This document shows positions 1 to 17,104 of a stretch of 64,000 nt of DNA, piece after piece. The stretch is from assembly GCA_020137815.1 (NCBI GenBank), contig CM035355.1, forward strand, positions 620,001 through 684,000, written 5' to 3'. The position numbers and the translations under genes were made by a program. Positions within the stretch are counted from its first letter, which is position 1, and each line of letters opens with the position of its first letter. The DNA comes from Hormiphora californensis. Lineage: Eukaryota > Animalia > Ctenophora. The notes below the pieces were generated by a model. It had not been told where the DNA came from and made no database searches. It was given only the letters and a program-made list of their open reading frames with translations.

Positions 1-1
1 C

Positions 2-74
2 GCATATCGGCTCCTTGCGGAGCAAGGAGACGATATGCAATATATCGCCCCGAACGTAGTGAGGGCGATATATT
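2..74. repeat. Two adjacent hairpins, probably the end of a non-autonomous DNA element
   Basis: GCATATCG-GCTCCTTGC-gga-GCAAGGAG-a-CGATATGC and AATATATCGCCC-loop-GGGCGATATATT inverted repeats; cut off by the window start and the gap. Confidence 0.35.
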
Positions 75-158
75 TGATACACATAAGGTGTTATAGCATA
101 TAACGCCCACTGCAAGCAAGGAGAGAACAACACTAATCCCCTTTCAATAAGTCAATTT

Positions 159-258
159 NNNNNNNNNNNNNNNNNNNNNNNNNNNNNNNNNNNNNNNNNN
201 NNNNNNNNNNNNNNNNNNNNNNNNNNNNNNNNNNNNNNNNNNNNNNNNNNNNNNNNNN
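159..258. other. Assembly gap (100 N)
   Basis: Run of N. Confidence 1.
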
Positions 259-3200
259 CTGCCGACCCCCTCACTTGCAAATTCTTTCACACTATCGGAA
301 CCGGACTGGATCACAACCCCTTACCTCAGGAGATCAATCGATAAACAGAGCCAAGGGAACCCACCAGACACACCCCTGTTCCCGCCCGCAGTACAACGAA
401 GCTGTGAAAAAACCCCAAATCCCCCATGTCCCGGAACCCACTGAGACACCGGATTTTCTAAACTCCCTGATAAAGGAGATGAGGGACGGGTTCCTCTATC
501 AGGGCCAACAGATACAGCAGCTGATGAGGGCTCTCATCCAGAGAGAAACAAGCTCCCCAGTGAAACCACTCAACCTAGACCACTCTGGGATAATGCCGGA
601 CTACATGATGCCAGCAGAAAGAATGGGAGAACTACAGCCAATCCATCCCCTCAATCACCGCTCTCAAAGATCATTCTACTAAACTGCAGGTCCATCTCTC
701 CTGCAGCTGGTGGGGAGACGAAGTGGAAGCTACCATACATCCACGAATTACTCATGTCTCCACGCCTAGATGAACCCCCTGTGATAGCAGTTGGTATAAC
801 TGAAACATGGCTCAAAAGCTATATATCTGACGCCCAAGTAACAGTTCCAGGATACGTAACATTTCGAGCAGACAGAGAGCTTAAAGTTGGTGGAGGGTGC
901 TTACTGTTCATCAATCAGAATATACCGGTCACGAGACAACTCTCATGGAGTGATCTACAGACGAGCCTCGTAACGGCATTCTCTGAACAAAACAACCTGC
1001 TCTTTGCCTGTCTATACCGACCTCCAGATGCAGATGTAAAATCTTACGGAGAAGCTCTCACAAAACTCCAAAAGGAAATTAATTCAATCACAGAGGAAAA
1101 CAAGGGGAAAACACCTGAAGTTGTGATTATTGGAGATTTTAATCTCCCTAATATGGATTGGGGTACTATGGCACCTACAATAGGTGGTGGAAGAGACACT
1201 GGCCCATACCATCAAACCCTCGAGCTAATTAACGAGAACTTCATATCACACTTGTTACAACTCCTACAAGGGAGAAAACATCCTGACTTAGTGTTCACAA
1301 TACCCCTGAATATTTCACTAATGTGACAACGGCAGATAGTAAAATCTCTGATCATCGTATAGTAGAGTGTGAATGGCATACAACCCCCTGAACAATACTG
1401 CGAATGATAAAGTTAAAACGACCCATTCAGGGATGTAAGATTACAACGTTGATTACCTTCCAATGAAAACCAAGCTGTGTGATGTAGACTGGGACGGGCT
1501 ACTAAAACTATGCAAGAAAGAGGATTACCACGATCTGGAGCAGTTCAGGACCTATATTACCCAAGTAGTCCTTGAAATTGCACAGGAAACCCTGCCCAAG
1601 AAAGCTGAACGTAACCGCGGAAATTCCTCCAAAAACAGGATATCTGACCTTTCAAAAGATCAGCAGGAGATCAAGAAGAAAATGAAACAGGAAGATATCG
1701 ACCCACTTGAAAGGCTGGCTCTCTTTGATAAACTTGAGACCCTCGATGAATTATGAAAGAAAATTCTAGAGAACCTAGACAAGGAGGAGGGGTAATGCAG
1801 TTGAAACGATAAAAACAAACCCTCGCTTCTTCTTCACCTATGCAAAGAGAAAGTCTAAGACATCTTCTACAATTGCCCCACTTAGAAGAAAAGATGGGAG
1901 CTTGACCACTGACAGTGCTGAAAAAGCACAGCTATTACAGAACCAGTATGTTGGAGTCTTTAGCAACCCTGATGATATAGACGTGGAGAGGAGCCTGACC
2001 TGGATTAAGTCAGAACCCCACCTGGTCACTGAAAACTTTGACTTTACGCCAGAGGATATCCAGGCGCCCTAAAGGAAATTGATCCATATGGAGCAGTACC
2101 GGACGGTGACATCCCGGCCAGAATCACGATTGCGGAGCGCAGCTCTGCTACCCTCTTTGGCTCTTATGGAGTAAATCGATAGAGGAAGAATGCATCCCAG
2201 AGTCTTTGAAAAATCAACAGGTTGTCCCAATATTCAAAAAGGGCGATAAAACAAACCCAGCCAACTACCGTCCTGTCTCCCTCACCTCAAATGTAATAAA
2301 GACTTTTGAGCGTGTCATGAAAAAACACTTAGTGCACCATTTTGAGGAAAACAACCTATTTCCTGAGTCACAACACGGGTTCCGAAAGCAACGCAGTTGT
2401 CTCACCCAATTGATTGAACATGTCGACACAATCCTGAAAGAACTACGGGATGGAAATGAAGTCGACGTGATATATGTCGACTATGCGAAAGCGTTCGACA
2501 AGGTGGATGTCAAACTCTTACTCGCCAAACTTGAACTCTATGGTGTCCGGGGAAAAGTTCTCAGTTGGATCAGATGCTTTTTGACAGATAGATACCAAAC
2601 TGTTACCGTGGACGGAAAAAAATCCTCATGGGAAAAGGTTCTGAGTGGAGTCCCACAAGGTACCGTGTTGGGACCCATTCTATTTATCATATATATGGCA
2701 GACCTAAACTTTGCCGTTAAAAACTCAACGACCAAAGACTCTGGCTGATGATACGAAGCTTATCAAAGGAATTGAAGGTGAAACATCACAAACCCAACTT
2801 CAAGAGGACTTAGATGGACTTGGAAGGTGGTACAAGGCAAACAATATGAAGCTGAATGATGACAAGTTTGAAGTTCTACAATACTCCCTCAATAAAACCC
2901 TGCTCCTAAAACAGTTGCCATTCTCCCAGGAACTCCAGACATACTACACGCCAAAGGGTCTTACAATTGAACCCAAACCCTGTGTCCGTGACTTAGGAGT
3001 TCAGCTGTCAAAACGACCTTTCTTGGGAAAACCAAATAGGAAAAATGACGTCGGATGCCCGAAAAATGAGTGCTTGGGTTTTAAGAGCCTTCAAAACAAG
3101 AGACAAAAGGACAATGACTATACTTTACAAAAGTCTTATTCGCAGCAAATTAGAATACTGCTGCCCACTCTGGGACTCACCAAAAATCTCGGATATCCAG

Positions 3201-3746
3201 AATGTTGAAGCGATTCAAAGGAAGTTTACAAAACGGATCACTGGAATGGGTAACGTAAACTACTGGGAGCGTTTGAAAACTCTAAACATCCTCTCCCTTC
3301 AACGCCGCCGGGAGCGCTATACCATCGTCATGATGTGGAAAATGGCCAATGAAAAAGCCCCCAACAATATTGGCATTCGCTTTTACAACCAAACCCGACT
3401 TGGAAAGAAGGCAGAGATCCCTACATGCCCCACAAACACCCAGAAATCGGTCCAGACGAAGCACCACAACTCGTTTTCAAGTAGAGCGACCCGGTTATGG
3501 AATACCCTCCCCAGCGAAGTGAACTCAGCGAAGATTTGGATTCATTCAAGATACTTCTGGGGAAATGGACTTGAAGAGATTCCCGGATCGTCCCCCGGTA
3601 CTCGGATACCAAAACAGCAACACATTCAATATTGGACTGGATACGGAATGTTTCCAGGGAGGGGGAGGCTCTGTAAGGAACTGACACCGGTGTAGGATCT
3701 ACACAAAGACAATACCAAGATACCAAGATACCAAGATACCAAGATA
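259..3746 (+). mobile_element. CR1-group non-LTR retrotransposon: ORF1 C-terminus plus APE-RT ORF2, multiply frameshifted
   Basis: APE motifs (LLNCRS, GITETWL, GGGCLLFI, YRPP, GDFNLP); RT motifs (NYRPVSLTS, QHGFR, DYAKAFDKV, GVPQGTVLGP, LADDTK); C-terminal LEYCCPLW and LSLQRRRERY; 3' stem-loop GTGTAG-gat-CTACAC followed by (ATACCAAG)4. Confidence 0.92.
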
Positions 3747-4978
3747 AAACTCTTTCTTTTGTTTGTGTGTACACACTGTTGCAAATAGAGAGAGATTGAC
3801 ACAACAAGGGGCGGCAGAATGGCGACAAGAGAGAGAGAGACAAGAGAGACATTGGTAATCGTTATCTCTCTCTATTTAATTAGCACCCAATAGTTCGCTT
3901 GTGTGTGTGTGAGTGTCTAGACATCTATATATAGACATGTCTGGAGTTGAAAAGGGAACATATTTGAAGGGTTGACATGAGTTTGTGTTCCTCTCTCTCG
4001 CTGTGTCATTATTTGTTGTTAAACTGTGAAACTTTGATGATGTTGAATAGTTTGTCAAATTGACTTTAAAAACTTTCTTTTCAATAATAAAACCCCCTTA
4101 CCTTACTTTAAACCCCCTCTTAAATTTTTAACAATAAATTTAAATTTCCCTTTTTTTTTTCGGATATAATGTAGAGTACCTCTGTAGCCACACTCTAGAT
4201 TTGTTCTTTCCAGATAAACCCCCCCCCCCCCCCCGTGAACTATTCTATGTGCGTTAGTCTTCTTCATGCCGATTATTAACTGAGAATTTAATAATTTGAT
4301 TCTAAGTATAACGAATACGTACTAATAAGTAATACGTACTAGTTTTCCAACAATTTTAGTGACTTCTTCGATAATTAGAACTAATGTGTAAATTGTGTCT
4401 AGTTACGGGCGTCTGGCAAGAATAGGGAAGATACCGTTGGCACGTTCGTACCAGGGGGTCACTAGTTATATGTTTGTTGGCACGTTTTAGTGATCTGTAT
4501 GTTACGTTCCTCTCTCTCTCTATTTCGTTCTTCAACTCTCTTTTCATCCCTCCTCCTTGATTTCTGGTCTTCTCTCTTCACTCTTCTCTCTCTTATATCT
4601 CGTCTCTCTCTCTTCTCTTTTTCTCTCTCCTCTCTCTCCCAGCCAATAGTATTGAACCCAATGTATAACTTCATTTTAGATGTCCATGTAAAATATGGGA
4701 AGTTTTCGACCGTTCATTTGCATTTGAGACTTCCACTAAAGATTGTTTCAAAGTACAATAATATATAGATGGAATTACTTTTTATAAGTTTTCAGTGTTG
4801 CCAGCACACACTCACTATTCAGAGTGGAAGGATCATGTTCAGATGCTCACTATAAAGTGCGTTGACTTGTTCACTGTTCAGAATCTCTCCCACCGTTGAG
4901 TACTGCCGCTACCATTACAAAACGAACTGTTTACAGCTTTCAGACGTTGGAGTTGTCAGTTGAAACAGTTTTCAATGG

Positions 4979-5520
4979 CTTCTGTTGTGGGTCTTTCCTT
5001 CAACTAGTTATATTTAAAATTCTGTTGGGTCTTTCCTTCAACTAGTTATATTTAAAATTCTGTTGGGTCTTTCCTTCAACTAGTTATATTTAAAATTCTG
5101 TTGGGTCTTTCCTTCAACTAGTTATATTTAAAATTCTGTTGGGTCTTTCCTTCAACTAGTTATATTTAAAATTCTGTTGGGTCTTTCCTTCAACTAGTTA
5201 TATTTAAAATTCTGTTGGGTCTTTCCTTCAACTAGTTATATTTAAAATTCTGTTGGGTCTTTCAACTAGTTATATTTAAAATTCCGTTGGGTCTTTCCTT
5301 CAACTAGAACTAGTTATATTTAAAATTCTGTTGGGTCTTTCCTTCAACTAGTTATATTTAAAATTCTGTTGGGTCTTTTCTTCAACTAGTTATATTTAAA
5401 ATTCTGTTGGGTCTTTCCTTCAACTAGTTATATTTAAAATTCTGTTGGGTCTTTCCTTCAACTAGTTATATTTAAAATTCTGTTGGGTCTTTCCTTCAAC
5501 TAGTTATATTTAAAATTCTG
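4979..5520. repeat. 38-bp minisatellite, about 14 copies
   Basis: Unit TTCTGTTGGGTCTTTCCTTCAACTAGTTATATTTAAAA; period 38 (5001 to 5039). Confidence 0.95.
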
Positions 5521-6216
5521 ACTACTTTTGTTTAACAATCTAGAATGTGACCGCTCAACATGAACATTATATGAGCGGTGAAAATATAGAGAAAGAGAAA
5601 TGAATTGAATAATTAGAGAGAGAAAAGAGAGAAAGAGAGAGAGTATTAAAGAGAGAGAGTTAGAGAGATGTCGTGCAGCTTAAGGAGCTGTATCTTCAAA
5701 ACAAGTGCACTAGTTTTTCTTTGGGCTAGAAGCTCTAAAGCTCCCTTTTTTAGTCTATCTTGGAGTTACTGATGCGTGACCTATTTGGGATGCCATAAAG
5801 TGTCCAACCTAGGCTACTAGGCAAGTATTTTCCATTTGAGAGAACATGTCAACTGAGTTTCTATGAATGCCTCTCTTGTTTCCTAGAACTCCATGCTGAG
5901 CTATAGGAATCGGTCAGCAGTCTATCTGCAGCAGTTGTAGTTGTCTCACATAGCAACTACAGCTACTACAGACTGTGAGTCACAGCTGCCCTCTCCAAGG
6001 CTGTGTATTTCAATAGCTATTCATTCCTTGTGGCGTGTTTGCATTTCGCGTAACATCTTTCCCTGCAACACATGTCTCCGAGGCCATGACTCATGAGTGT
6101 GGTGAAACTGGAAGGGAAGAGAGATGGGTAAAACTATCAGAAATGAGTTAACTTTAGCTTTGTCGAGTTCTGATTGTGTTAGGGAACACTAAAACTTCCT
6201 CTTCCGGCAATATTGA

Positions 6217-6262
<46 letters not shown>

Positions 6263-6893
6263 TCTCTCTATCTCTCACTCTCTCTCTCTCTCTCTCTATC
6301 TCTCTCTATCTCTCCCTATCTCTCTAAGCTTGTTGTGTCAGCTGTGTGTTTATATGCAATGTGCCATTTTATGTCTTCACCAGCCTTACGCTTAGTTTTC
6401 TCATTTTTCAGAACTCTCCAGATCTAAATACTCCCACATATGCAGTATATTACTACCGGTATGTTGAAGGTTGAAAACCTTTTTTGCAGTCGCACCATCG
6501 TTCGAAGTTTCCTTTTTACATGCACATATTACAGATGCAGGCAATATAACTTTACCACTACCAGTATAATTGAAAATGTAACAAATTGTATAACGAATCA
6601 AGTTGCGTCCTCTAAACTGGGTTACTGCGTCGTCGCTATATTTCGCCCTCCTACCTATAATACATCGTTAAATGGATTGAAGTCTAAATAACAGAGAGGG
6701 ATATGGAAATGAGATCGAACCAGTTTTTACGTGGCTATTTGATTAACGAGTATTGAAATATATTACCGCGGCCCATCACATTACAACATGTATCTTTCTA
6801 ACTGTAAATTGAATTCCACTGCGGTTATAGGTACCTTCATTTTCAGTCTTGCATTTCATCCTTCCCTCTTTCTCTCTATCCCCTATTTATCTA

Positions 6894-7005
<112 letters not shown>

Positions 7006-7902
7006 TTTCTCTCCTTCCCTTCTTCCTTTTTCCAATCTTTCTACATGGTTGGGGGTTATTTCTTCAAAAATAAACCAAAAAATGGTTGCTTATTGCGTTT
7101 AACAATACCAAAAAACCAACAACAAATAAGGCACCGAACCCCAACTATCCTCTGTATTCACTGCGTACCACTGGTAAACCCCTATCGTTGAGGAATGAGG
7201 AGGGGAGTACCCACAAAGTCATATCATTATTGCTACTGATACCGGACACAGTGTCAGGCGATTCAAAAAGTTCAATACTGCACGAGATATTTTTTTGCTT
7301 TCTTCTAACTTCTGTTAGTTATGCATGCTGTTACATCAATATGCTATTGAGAAAAATGCCACCCGTTTTTATCCAATACTAATACATACTTTAGAAGTTT
7401 AGAAATATGCAACCTAGATTAACATCATTAGAAAGATTGTACCAAACTGAATTGTTTACTTATAGGTAGTAATTCCTACCGTAGGAATGCTTGGAAATTT
7501 GAAACGGTAGTCTAGATTTGGGTTTATAAGATTTGGATTCGGAGTATCTCGAATTTAAAGTCTCGTGCATGCAAGACTTGGTAGAGAGTGCTTCGCTAGT
7601 TTGATATTAGGAGAAAAACAAAATAAAATAGAGTTTGTTTCCTAAACTACATTATGTACAAAGTTGCTACGTATGCAAGGCTCCGCTTTACTTTCTTCAG
7701 ATTTTGAAATAGATAAGGCCAATTAGTTGGGTTATTGGTAAAATTTTTGGGCTTTTGTTTTTTGTTAAAGTTATAAAGAAAAATAAAATAAAAAAGATAA
7801 AAAAGAGATAAAAAGAGACTTGAAGGGGGAGAAAGGGAAAGATAGGGATTATATTAATAATTTTAAATATTTATATGTGTGTATCAACAAGTTGACGCTT
7901 AC

Positions 7903-8026
7903 ATTTCATAATGTATACCTCTGTTTTGTTGTCTTTCTCAATTGCCCCAAGGTTTTTGTAGGTATTTTTGTTCACCATGGCCCATAGGGTATTTGGGACT
8001 TCCCCAGGACACCCGTTGAACCTATC
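7903..8026 (-). CDS. Isolated putative coding exon of an unidentified minus-strand gene
   Basis: tag|GATAGG...AAAT|gtaagc; open reading DRFNGCPGEVPNTLWAMVNKNTYKNLGAIEKDNKTEVYIMK; no family recognised; neighbouring sequence is noisy. Confidence 0.3.
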
Positions 8027-11000
8027 CTACCAGGTTTTTATGGGAGTATCCTGAATTACCCGTCCAAACAAGTCTATTTTTTTTATCTTTTTACTCCCCA
8101 AATCTTTACCTTTCCTTTTAAATTCCAAAATTTACCCGCCCAATTTAAAAATTTTCCCCCTTACAAAGTTCTCCCTTTCTTAACAGAGTGAGAAAAAAAC
8201 ATTAAAAATTTACGGGCTGCGAAATTCCCTTATTTTTAAATCTCCCCGCCAGAGGGGTTTCGGGATGGTGTCTGTATAGAATTGTAATTTAGTTTAATTT
8301 ATTAATTTTGCACTGCGGTTTATTTTGACAATTATTGTGGCTTTATTTTGTGTCCCGGCCCGTTTTGGGGCCTTGGAACAAAAGGGTCTCCGTAGAATCC
8401 TTTATTGTCAGAAATATCAGTATCTTGGTTTATACCCTTATGGCCGTTTGTGCCCCACCCAGTTGAAAGTTGAGACCGATTTGGGGGCAGCCTGTCAAAA
8501 TTTTCATTGTTTAAATGTATCCTTTCCTCCCCGTAGGATACCCTAGTTTCAAACACACATAGTTTAGATGGGCGGCTCCCCCCTTGTATACACAGACAAC
8601 ACCCCCCTTCCCCCCAAATTTTATATAACGGAGAACATTAAAATTTTAGATAATATCTCAACTCTAAAAATATTTTGGGAAAACAGACCCCCTTTCTTTA
8701 CACCTTTGTAACCTTTTCCCAAAAAAGGTGTTTTTATATATTTCTTTTGTATTTGTTTTTTGTAATTTTTTAGGGTACATTTTTTCCGGGCCCTGAAGAA
8801 GCCGAACTTTGAACTTTTGGCACGTTTTGGGGCCCCATTCTCTGTTGCAATTAAAACCTTTTTATGGGGGGAAAAAGGGTACCCCAAGAAATTTAAATAT
8901 ATCCCCTTTTGCTGTTAGTTCAATCAGCCCCAGTTAGATCTTTCTAGACTCAATGTTCGGCTGTTGGTTCGCACTGAACAGCTTGTAACTAGGAGTTTGT
9001 GTTTAAAAAAGGCGGGGGAAAACGAGGCAAAGAGACGAGTATTTTCCCACTTTTTTGTTGGGAATTTTGGGCAAAATTACAAGGGAAAAAAAAACTTTTT
9101 TAAAATGGAAGAGAATGAGAAACTGCAGGGAGGGAGAGAAGAAGAGGGAGAGAAAGAAAGGGGAGAAATAAAAAGGGGGGAGATTTTTGAAAAATAATGA
9201 AACAAAACCTATCAAATTTTTAAATTTAAATTTTTTATAACTCTTATTTTACTATTATATTCTGGATATACACTATCACCTGCTTATTTCCTTTCCCCCC
9301 CGTCCCCTCCCCTTTTTTTATCCCCCTTTTTTTTTGCCCCTCCCTCTTTTCTCTCGGGTTTTCTTCTTCTCTTTTTTTTCCCCTTTTCCCCTCCTTTCCT
9401 CTTTTTCATTTTTTTTCCTGCCCCCTCTCTCTCTTCTTTTTTCTCTTTTTTAACTCTTTTTCTCTTTTTCCCTCTCTCCCCTCTCTCTCTCTCTTCTACT
9501 CCCCGGGCCCCCTTTTTTCCCCTTCCTTTCTCTTTTCCCCCTTTACCCCCTTTCTTCTCTCTTTTCTCTTCTCTTTTCCCCCCTCGTTTTCCTTTTATCT
9601 TCTCTCTCTCTCTCTTTTCCCCTTTTTCCTCTTCTCTCTCACTCTTCTTTTTTTCTCTTTCTCTTTTCTCTCCCCCCTCTCTCCCCCTCTCTTTTTATCT
9701 TTCTCTCTCTTCTCCCCCTTTTCTTTTTCCTCTATCTCTTTTTTCTCCCCCCTTTTTTTCCTTTTCTCTCTCTCCCCTCTCCTTTTCCTCTCACGGGGGG
9801 GGGGCGGAAAAAACCAAAAAAACATGGAGACCTCTCTAAAAAACAAACAACTTTCTCCCCCCCCCCCTAAATTTCTCTCTGTTTGAGTCTGCCCCCTCTA
9901 GGGGCTCAGGTATAGTTCCTTTTTCCCTCCCTCAGTCTTTCCCCCGGCAAACTTATTTTTTTGGGCAAGCCCTTTTTTTTTTCTTATTTGTTTTAAATAT
10001 CTGATCAATTTCAAAATGTTGATCTAAATGAATTTATTCCCCCTTTTCCTCTTTTTTTGTATTACAGTGCCCCTGCTTTTGTGATTTTAGGTGTTTACTT
10101 ACCTCCCATTCACATTTGGAAAAACTTGCTTTTTTATTTTAATTTTCCCCGGACGGGTCGGTTTTTGGGGGGACAATTGCCCCTTAAAGAAAGGCAAATT
10201 TTTTTTCTTTGGGAAGGGGAGAGGGAGGAATTTATTTAAAAGATCAGAGGGACCCCGGAGGGGGGAAAGAGGCCCGTTTCAAACCAACAAAAGGCATGAT
10301 CGAGGGCTAGTATGTTAAAAGCTTGTACCAAACTTTTAAACTTTATCCCGGGGCTTTTAAAACCCCCCCGGGGGCTTTAAAACCCCTGCCTTAAACTTTA
10401 AAGGGCCCCTTATTAAAATTGTTCAAACCCCAGCCCTTTTCTCAAACACTTTTTTTTGTTTACAATTTGGTTTATTTTTTTCTTCGACGAGGGGGATGGG
10501 CACCCTAGGATTCAGATTTGACCCTCAGAAGCTGGGTTTCACGCAAATGCCTGACAGATTATGGACAGGAGAAGTTCAGAAGCTTGTTCCCAGAATACCA
10601 GTGAAACACACTCTCACAAAACCGTATATGGGCATCACACAACACCATATATGGGCATCATGTGAAACACACTCTGACACCGTATCATAGTGAACCATGC
10701 AGGCCATGTTTCCCCACGTTTCCCCACATATGCCCTGATAAAACCGGGGATAACGGGCAAAAAAATCCTTTTTTTTTTCAAATTTTCCCGATAGAAAAAC
10801 CCCTTTCGCTGTGCTACGTTAAAAAAAAGAAGGCATTTCACACCGATTGTCTATCGACAGGGGCAGCTCCATAGTGATAGTTTCTCTCTCTCTCTCCCCT
10901 TTCTTTCACCATCTTTCTCTCTAATTTCTCTGATTGTATAGTTAGTACTCCGAATTTATTTAAGCTCTTCCATTCAGTTTCAATTTGTGCTGTGGCTAAT

Positions 11001-11902
11001 ATATGTATGTCAATATGATAGCACATGTCTAAAACCCTTTTTACACTTTTTTAATCTGATTTTTTTTTTCAGTTTGTTCGTACTTTTGTTCTTTTTGCTC
11101 CTCCTTCTCTTCTTTCCTCTATCCCGGGCCTCTCTTTTTCTTCTTTTTACTCGAAAATTGTCCCTTTTATGAAATTGAAAAGGGGAGAGACAAAAACGGG
11201 TCAAAGAGAAAGAGAGGGATCTGAGAGAGAGAGAGGAAGAGGAGAGAGAGAGGAAGAGAAGAGAGGGAGAGAGAGAGGGGAGGGGGAAGAGAGAGAGAGG
11301 GGGGGAGTTTTAGTTTTTTTTTAAAACTTTTTTTTTGGAAAAAGGGACTGTACTCAGGTCTGCAAAGTATAAGATGAATTAAAGAATACCACTCTGTCGA
11401 CAGTGCATTGACAGGGGATAACTTGACTGTATACCAGCGTCAGCATCATGGTGTTCTTCCCCCGTTAAAAACCCCCGGGGGTCTGCTGATATATACCAGA
11501 AAAGTGTCCCCTTTTTTTTGCAGAGGCCATATTTTCCCCCCACTTGGGAAGTGTATCCCCTTTTCATGGTTCCCTCTATCTGGCTTAGTTTCAGAACAAT
11601 TAGAATGTGGAGTTCGGTGGGGCTGGATGTGGAGTGGGGGGAAGGGTAGGTGCAGCCCGGATTGGGGGAGTGGGGGAGGAGTTTCTGCAGGAGATATAAG
11701 ATCTGTTTGTGGGGGAGGGAATAGCAGAATTGAGAGAAGAGACAATGGATAGATCGAGGTCCTGGCTTACCTACGCCAAGTTCAACTAGCAGCAGCACTT
11801 GGTAGCTACTACTTATACTGCTTTATGGTCTACTTCTTTGTGTTGTATGTTTCATCACCTAACGCTGAGAGCTCCAAGCTTGCTCCCCTTCCCTCTCTCC
11901 CT

Positions 11903-11957
<55 letters not shown>

Positions 11958-13467
11958 AATACATATATTTTCTATTTGAACTTCAAACTTATTTCTGATT
12001 ATGTGAGGTATCAGGTAGGTCGTCATTCGGCATTTCATTCTTATATGCTGCATATGGTTGAAACAAGCATCTATCTCCCTAGTGGGTTCCCCAAACCCAG
12101 GCACTCTTTAGAAGAAGAAGAAGCAGCATCTGTCTGATACGGGATGAGATTCGAGATGTATGTGAAAGTAGGAAACGGTGTAAGATATTGTTGATGAAGT
12201 CGTACAGACTTATCTCACAAAATACTACTCCCTCCGAACCAGTTTTAGTCATGTACATGTAGCATGACTCAAACAAGTCAAACTAGAAAACTGTACCTGT
12301 TTTTAGAAACCTATGTACGTGATATTATATATCTTCCCCGCAATAGATTCATCCTTTCATCCGGTTACAATACCGTCGAAATCCATCTCCCAGTGATTCA
12401 TAACTAGTCTGTTTTCCCATCTTGAACTCTCTATCTCTCTTTAGCATTTGGTATCCATCTCTCTCCCTGCTCTCTTTCTCTCTCTTTTTCTCGCTATCTC
12501 TCTCTCTGTCTTCACGTCCAGCGACCGCCTGCCGACTGTACGGTCAACGTAGTGATAGTTTTTAACCCACCCTAATCTGATTTGAAACTGAGGAAGAGAG
12601 AGAGACTGAAAGAAAGAGAGAGAGAGAGAGGGGGAGAGAGAGAGAGAGAGGGAGAAGGTTTGTACACACTAGAGAATGACCTGGTGGTGAATGCACACAT
12701 GTGTTACACGGCTCTTCTGTTGTCTACTCTTCTTACCGGTAGACACTTGTAGCAATAACAAGCACAGAAATCGTACCTACTATGATAACTACCTCCCAAT
12801 ATGTTGAATTTTATTTGTTTTAAGATCATTAAGCAGCCTTCTAGCTGCTTCTGTTTCAATGACCCCTAGCTATACTATACTAGGTTGTTTACTCCCCCAT
12901 ACAAATAGTTTTGAATATATGACGTCATAGTTTCGTAGCAACGTTCAGTTTAGTTTCCACTTTGTGGTTTTTTAATCGGCATTCTGTAATCGTCTGATCC
13001 TTTTGGGGAATTTAGATTCCAAAACCTGCAGTTAGCCCAACCACAGAACTGTTTCACCCTCGTTTCCTAACGATTCTGTAACGTCACAATTGCAGTGGAC
13101 ATGTGATCCGCGATTTCAAAATCTTCACGTCCACATCCCAGTTTCTTTTTCAGTTTTGTTTTCACCACATTAACCATTTATTGATTTAACCGTCCCACTT
13201 CCCCTAATGTGAAGCTGAGCAGGTAATAGCGCCATACCGGTCAACACCACCACCACCGTGTAGAGAGAGAGATCAGTTGCTGAACATGAGGTATGTTTAT
13301 AATTTATATCTGCATTCTGGTCCAGTCAGCCTTGATCTACCGGACCCTCGGCAGAGCGCGTTGCGAAAAATGCAGCGTGAGTCAGTCAAGATATGGTATC
13401 ACCCATTCTATGGCCACGGTTTATTTGTCCCCAGAACTTATCTGATCCTCCCTAGGTTTGAACTGCG

Positions 13468-16895
<3,428 letters not shown>

Positions 16896-17028
16896 GTACA
16901 TATCGACCCGACTCACTGGACCCATAATATAATACCCAGATGAGTGGTTTCTCACGCGTGAATGTTATAGCGGGCTTGCAAAACTTCCGACTTACATAAT
17001 TCTAGTTTAATTCTCTTTTAATTCATAA

Positions 17029-17103
17029 TACAGTCGGACCCCGATTTAACGCCCCCTGATTTAACGGACCCCGATTTAACGCAGGGATAATTTCCCCCGA
17101 TAT
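17029..17103 (+). mobile_element. One end of a Tc1/mariner-pogo (Tigger-like) MITE, truncated
   Basis: TA followed by CAGTCGGACCCCGATTTAACG, with subterminal GATTTAACG repeats; no partner end found. Confidence 0.5.
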
Positions 17104-17104
17104 T

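Noticed and set aside
1327-3600. Frameshifts inside ORF2 of the first LINE as programmed events
   Set aside because: Scattered single-base indels without signals; decay or sequencing error
4979-5520. CRISPR-like regular repeats (also 17105-17995 and 61835-62262)
   Set aside because: Head-to-tail units with no unique spacers, no cas genes, eukaryotic context
7700-11700. K/F/G/P-rich ORFs and unusual homopolymer composition (also 18900-20900, 31100-32400, 48900-52900)
   Set aside because: Pattern typical of uncorrected long-read gap fill; not interpretable as biology
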